Below, in pieces: positions 61,693 to 64,000 of a DNA stretch of 64,000 nucleotides; position 1 is the stretch's first letter; the number at the start of each line of letters is the position of its first letter. This DNA comes from Chloroflexota bacterium (GTDB taxonomy: Bacteria > Chloroflexota > Dehalococcoidia > Lucifugimonadales > UBA3495), in the NCBI GenBank assembly GCA_009840165.1, contig VXOG01000034.1:2455-66454 (forward strand), read 5' to 3'. The notes under the pieces are model-generated. The model was not told the DNA's origin. It saw nothing but the letters and a program-made list of their open reading frames with translations, and searched no databases. The position numbers and the translations under genes were made by a program.

Positions 61693-63117
61693 ATGGCAGG
61701 AAGCAACGACATCGCATTGATGGCTCACCTTCTGCGCCGGGCCGGCTTCAGCGCCAGCCGCGACGAGATTGAAGCCGCCGCTGCGAAAGGCTACGACACC
61801 GTGGTGGAGGAACTCTTGAATCCGGGCGAGTCGTCCGGCGTTGAAGACGACCTTATGCTGCGCTACCACCCGACGTATAACCACGCCGGGGCCATCGAGA
61901 TCAACATCCAGAACTGGGTGTATCGCATGGTGAACACCGAGTACCAGCTCAAGGAAAAGATGGCGCTGTTCTGGCACATGATCTTCTGCGCGGGCCACTC
62001 AAAGATCGACTCCGGCGAAGAAATGGGCCGGATGATCCAGATGTTCCGGGACAAGGGCATGGGCAACTTCCAGGAACTGCTGCTGGAACTGTCCACCAGC
62101 CCCGCGATGATGTACTACCTGGACAACACGGAGAGCCACAAGGTCGCCATCAACGAGAACTATGGCCGCGAACTGCTGGAACTGTTCTCCATGGGCGTCG
62201 GCATGAACGAAGATTTCAACTACAGCGAGGATGACGTGAAGGCGTGCGCCCGCGCGTTCACCGGCTGGAACATCGCGCCGCCGTACCCTCCGTTCCCCTA
62301 TGGACGCAGCCCGTGGGAGTTCCGGTATGATCCGGCCGACCACGACCAGGACGACAAGACCTTCCTGGGCCAGACCGGCAACTGGAACGGCGATGACATC
62401 CTGAACATGATCGCCGCGAACCAGGCCACCGCCCGGTTCATCTCGCGCCACATGTACAACTTCTTCGTGGCCGACGAGGTGCCCGTTCCCAGCTGGCGGC
62501 AGACCCCGCCGAAGGACGAGGGCCTGCTGGCGGACTTGGAGCAGACCTACTTCGACAGCGGCTACGACATCACCGCGATGCTGAACACGCTGTTCAACTC
62601 CGAGTCTTTCAAGAATGCCCAGTACGCCAAGGTGAAGAACCCGGCCGAGATGGTGGCGGGCACCCTGCGCATGGTGGGCGACCACCGGGACGAGATCAAG
62701 CCCGGCATGTTCGAGCTGAGCCAGGAGCCCAAGTACATGGGCATGGACCTGATGAACCCGCCGACGGTTGAGGGCTGGCACACCGGCCACGAGTGGATCG
62801 ACTCGGGCACCCTGGTAGAGCGGATCAACTTCGCCGCGGACTACCTGGGCCGCACGGAACTCCCCGGCGTCCAGAGCATGATCACCAGGCTGATGGCCCA
62901 GGGCGACAGCCTGAGCCCCGAGCAGTTCGTGGACTCCTGCGCCGACCTGGTGGGCTGCCTGAACCTGACCGAGGACACCCGGGATCAGTTGATTGCCCAC
63001 GCCGGCCGCGGCGGCAACCTGACCCACGGTTCCGATGCCGAGCGCGCGGAGTTCACCCGCCGCTCCGGTGAGATGTTCCAGATCATCGCGTCCACCTCGG
63101 AGTTCCAGTTCGAGTAA
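61693..63117 (+). CDS. DUF1800 domain protein (second paralogue)
   Basis: AAAAGGAGGA RBS. MAGSNDIALMAHLLRRAGFSASRDEIE..., MALFWHMIF, YGRELLELFSMG, PPTVEGWHTG. Confidence 0.85.
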   Translation: MAGSNDIALMAHLLRRAGFSASRDEIEAAAAKGYDTVVEELLNPGESSGVEDDLMLRYHPTYNHAGAIEINIQNWVYRMVNTEYQLKEKMALFWHMIFCAGHSKIDSGEEMGRMIQMFRDKGMGNFQELLLELSTSPAMMYYLDNTESHKVAINENYGRELLELFSMGVGMNEDFNYSEDDVKACARAFTGWNIAPPYPPFPYGRSPWEFRYDPADHDQDDKTFLGQTGNWNGDDILNMIAANQATARFISRHMYNFFVADEVPVPSWRQTPPKDEGLLADLEQTYFDSGYDITAMLNTLFNSESFKNAQYAKVKNPAEMVAGTLRMVGDHRDEIKPGMFELSQEPKYMGMDLMNPPTVEGWHTGHEWIDSGTLVERINFAADYLGRTELPGVQSMITRLMAQGDSLSPEQFVDSCADLVGCLNLTEDTRDQLIAHAGRGGNLTHGSDAERAEFTRRSGEMFQIIASTSEFQFE

Positions 63118-63216
63118 TCGGAAAGCAACCACAACGCAGCCGGGAGACAGCCTTTCAGTTGGCCGCTCCCGGCCGGCAATCACGAACATCAAGCAAGCAC
63201 AATGGAGGACTATCAA

Positions 63217-64000
63217 ATGGTCTCTACCAACAAAGACAACGTTCTGGTGGTGCTTTCCCTCTCCGGCGGGAACGACGGCCTGAACACTGTCATCCCTTAC
63301 AATGACGGTCACTACCGTGACTATCGCCCGGCGCTCGGCGTCCCCGCCGAAGCCGTCCTGGACCTGAACGGCGAGATTGGCCTGCACCCCACCATGGGTC
63401 CGCTGAAGAAGTACTGGGACGAGGGCAAGCTCGCCATCTTCCTGGGCATCGGCTACGCCAATCCTTCCTACAGCCACTTCCGCAGCATGGACATCTGGCA
63501 CACCTGCGAGCCGGACACCATCGGCACCGAGGGCTGGCTAGGCCAGGTCATCCACGAGCTGGATCCCAATGCTGAAGGCCAGGGAATCACCGGCGTGAAC
63601 TTCGGCCGCGGCCTCCCGCGCGCCCTGGCCAAGGAAGGCGTTCCGGTCGCCTCCGTGGGCAACCTTGAGACCTACGGCCTGCTCACCGGCATCGAGGGCG
63701 ATGACCAGCGCGCCGAGGCTCTGGACCTGTTCAGCAAGATCTACGCGCCCACCGTGGGCCAGGGCTTCGTGAGCGACTACCTGCGCTCCACCGGCACCTA
63801 CGCCCGGATCGGCGCCGACATTCTGGCCACCGCGCCGCCGAAGTACACCTCCAACGTGGAGTACTCCGCGACCACCGTCGGCCAGTACATGAAGAACATC
63901 GCGCAGACCCACCTGGCCGACCTGGGCACCCGCGTGCTGTTCACCACCAGCCCCTACAACGGCTTCGACACCCACGCCAACCAGGCGTCCGACCACGCCC
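63217..64000 (+). CDS. DUF1501 domain protein (sulfatase/alkaline-phosphatase superfamily), 3' end outside the window
   Basis: Open frame from ATG 63217 to the window end: ...VLVVLSLSGGNDGLNTVIPY...GYANPSYSHFRSMDIWHT...FDTHANQ, hallmark DUF1501 blocks. No twin-arginine signal at the N-terminus. Confidence 0.85.
   Translation, partial: MVSTNKDNVLVVLSLSGGNDGLNTVIPYNDGHYRDYRPALGVPAEAVLDLNGEIGLHPTMGPLKKYWDEGKLAIFLGIGYANPSYSHFRSMDIWHTCEPDTIGTEGWLGQVIHELDPNAEGQGITGVNFGRGLPRALAKEGVPVASVGNLETYGLLTGIEGDDQRAEALDLFSKIYAPTVGQGFVSDYLRSTGTYARIGADILATAPPKYTSNVEYSATTVGQYMKNIAQTHLADLGTRVLFTTSPYNGFDTHANQASDHA

Overview
GC-rich (roughly 60% by eye), gene-dense bacterial chromosomal segment with no rRNA, tRNA, CRISPR array, transposase or integrase that I can support. 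Content is mostly catabolic and redox. It holds five luciferase-like (LLM) flavin/F420 oxidoreductases, a Rieske dioxygenase alpha/beta pair, crotonase, SDR, two tandem acyl-CoA dehydrogenases, amidase, amidohydrolase, two carboxymuconolactone-decarboxylase paralogues, a TldD/PmbA pair, a proVWX-type betaine transporter, a family-5 peptide-type ABC importer and two DUF1800 genes. The LLM expansion, a T-box leader and a panD leader fit a Chloroflexi (SAR202-like) origin, but that is inference only. Lower-GC accessory islets carry two VapBC modules, HicB with a decayed HicA, a HepT/MntA-like pair, a GIY-YIG protein and a PD-(D/E)XK nuclease-like protein. Most notable observations: (1) a tightly coupled cluster (31382-35668) of a B12-binding radical-SAM-like protein with no CxxxCxxC motif, two tiny membrane proteins, DUF1800 and a cytoplasmic NHL propeller; this is my best candidate for an undescribed system. 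(2) A GPP34/GOLPH3-like domain fused to a cytochrome P450, split by a perfect 16-bp tandem duplication and followed by an acyltransferase-3 gene. (3) A peroxiredoxin whose peroxidatic Cys codon is an in-frame TGA followed by a SECIS-like hairpin, so a candidate selenoprotein. (4) panD behind a roughly 450-nt structured leader and co-transcribed with two SAM methyltransferases. (5) An Ile-type T-box leader on ilvB. (6) Several gene lesions: an in-frame TGA in an SDR, an out-of-frame signal peptide with a perfect 19-bp inverted repeat, and an in-frame 27-bp x3 repeat. (7) Several families of intergenic palindromic (REP-like) elements. All product calls rest on motif recognition by eye; no searches were run.
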